From: Candidatus Brocadia sp.
GTDB taxonomy: Bacteria > Planctomycetota > Brocadiia > Brocadiales > Brocadiaceae
Assembly: GCA_021650915.1 (NCBI GenBank)
Contig: CP091279.1
Location: 3,090,001 to 3,122,000 of the forward strand
Direction: 5' to 3'
Length of the DNA: 32,000 bases
The position numbers and the translations under genes are program-made. Below, piece after piece: positions 31,185-32,000 of the stretch. Numbering within the stretch: the first letter of the stretch is position 1; each line of letters starts with the position of its first letter. The notes under the pieces were generated by a model that was given only the letters and a program-made list of their open reading frames with translations, ran no database searches and had not been told where the DNA came from.

Positions 31185-32000
31185 ATGAAAATTAAACTTA
31201 CAAAAGAGACAGTTTTTTTCCCGTTAGGAATAGTATTTATTTTTGCTGGCATAATTTGTAATACCTGGTTACTTGCCCGGTTTAGCCCTGACGGCATCTT
31301 TGATTTCTCAACAAAATTAAAAATCTGGATTATCGAAGTTTTTTGTATTGCGGTTGGTTTCTGCCTTATCAAATATAGATCTTCCATTAAACTGCCCAGA
31401 TATCGGGAAATACTATTTTCCTTCGTAACGTTTCTCTTGTTTATCCTTCTTTTCGAAGGGGGATTACGGGTTTTTTATTTCATTAAACATAAGACAAAAG
31501 AGAGCGAGATGGACTTTGCAGATTATCTTGGTTGGGAAAGTACTCCGGATAATTTCTGGAAGCGGGAGGTCAAAGGATACGGAGAGATAAAATATTCCAC
31601 GACAAGATATGGTTTTCGGGTATTTGGTGATGTTGATAGCAAAAAAACGAAAATATTTGTTATTGGGGATTCATTTACCCAGGGTACGACAGTTTCTGAC
31701 GGAGAAACCTATTATGATTATTTAAGAAAAAGCAATGAAGATATCGAAATATTTACTTATGCCTGTGGCGGATATGGTTCATTGCAGGAGTATATGATCC
31801 TTGACAAATACTATGATGTAATTAAGCCGCACGTAATTCTGTGGCAGTTTTGCAGCAACGACATCATTAATAATGACTTTGATCTTGAATCTGCCAGTTT
31901 TCGAAACAACAATCAAATGAGAAGGCCGTACCTGCAGGATGGCAAAATTAAATGGTTATATCCAAAGCAAAAGAGCGGGTGGTTAGTTCAAACTTCGTAT
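31185..32000 (+). CDS. Membrane-anchored SGNH/GDSL-family hydrolase (3' end outside window)
   Basis: Absent from the ORF track because it has no stop in the window. ATG 31185 follows in-frame TAA 31179-31181 and stays open for 272 codons to nt 32000. Three N-terminal hydrophobic helices, then FVIGDSFTQG (block I), ACGGYGSLQE (block II) and FCSNDIINND (block III). Confidence 0.7.
   Translation, partial: MKIKLTKETVFFPLGIVFIFAGIICNTWLLARFSPDGIFDFSTKLKIWIIEVFCIAVGFCLIKYRSSIKLPRYREILFSFVTFLLFILLFEGGLRVFYFIKHKTKESEMDFADYLGWESTPDNFWKREVKGYGEIKYSTTRYGFRVFGDVDSKKTKIFVIGDSFTQGTTVSDGETYYDYLRKSNEDIEIFTYACGGYGSLQEYMILDKYYDVIKPHVILWQFCSNDIINNDFDLESASFRNNNQMRRPYLQDGKIKWLYPKQKSGWLVQTSY

Noticed and set aside
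30586-31387. ORFs 30586..30816 (plus) and 31178..31387 (minus)
   Set aside because: The first is a low-complexity reading of the terminator and AT-rich spacer. The second is antisense to the SGNH hydrolase gene, which has clear GDS / GG / ND blocks.

Overview
A 32-kb chromosomal segment from a diderm bacterium (Lnt and MlaEFD are present). I cannot assign a taxon by eye. The style of the intergenic repeats hints at an uncultured anaerobe, but that is a guess.

Nt 1-18.6k are mostly housekeeping genes:
- ugd (5' truncated by the window edge), an M50 protease, mnmA, a GlcD-like FAD oxidase and aspC.
- A small accessory patch holding a transposase fragment and a membrane protein.
- A nifS-uma2-nifU-tusA sulfur/Fe-S cluster that is heavily invaded by repeats.
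- A lipoprotein plus mlaE-mlaF-mlaD on the minus strand.
- moeA-lnt, an initiator tRNA-Met and cspA.

Nt 18.8k-32k look like a surface/matrix locus:
- A GT2 glycosyltransferase.
- Two tandem GEMM-I-like (c-di-GMP class I) riboswitch plus terminator units.
- A ~10-kb gene for a giant secreted repeat protein. As assembled it is split into three ORFs by two identical 1-nt contractions of a G-run. It carries 12 near-identical 321-bp Ig-like units, four LamG-like modules, a GH-like beta-propeller, a PKD domain and a discoidin domain.
- A membrane-anchored SGNH hydrolase, 3' truncated by the window edge and absent from the ORF track.

Main candidates for follow-up:
1. The tandem second-messenger riboswitch leader driving the giant glycan-binding protein.
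2. The repeat array and its frameshifts.
3. A NifS/IscS homologue that lacks the PLP-binding His-Lys.
4. Several families of structured intergenic repeats, including a MITE-like element with a target-site duplication and hairpins that show compensatory substitutions.
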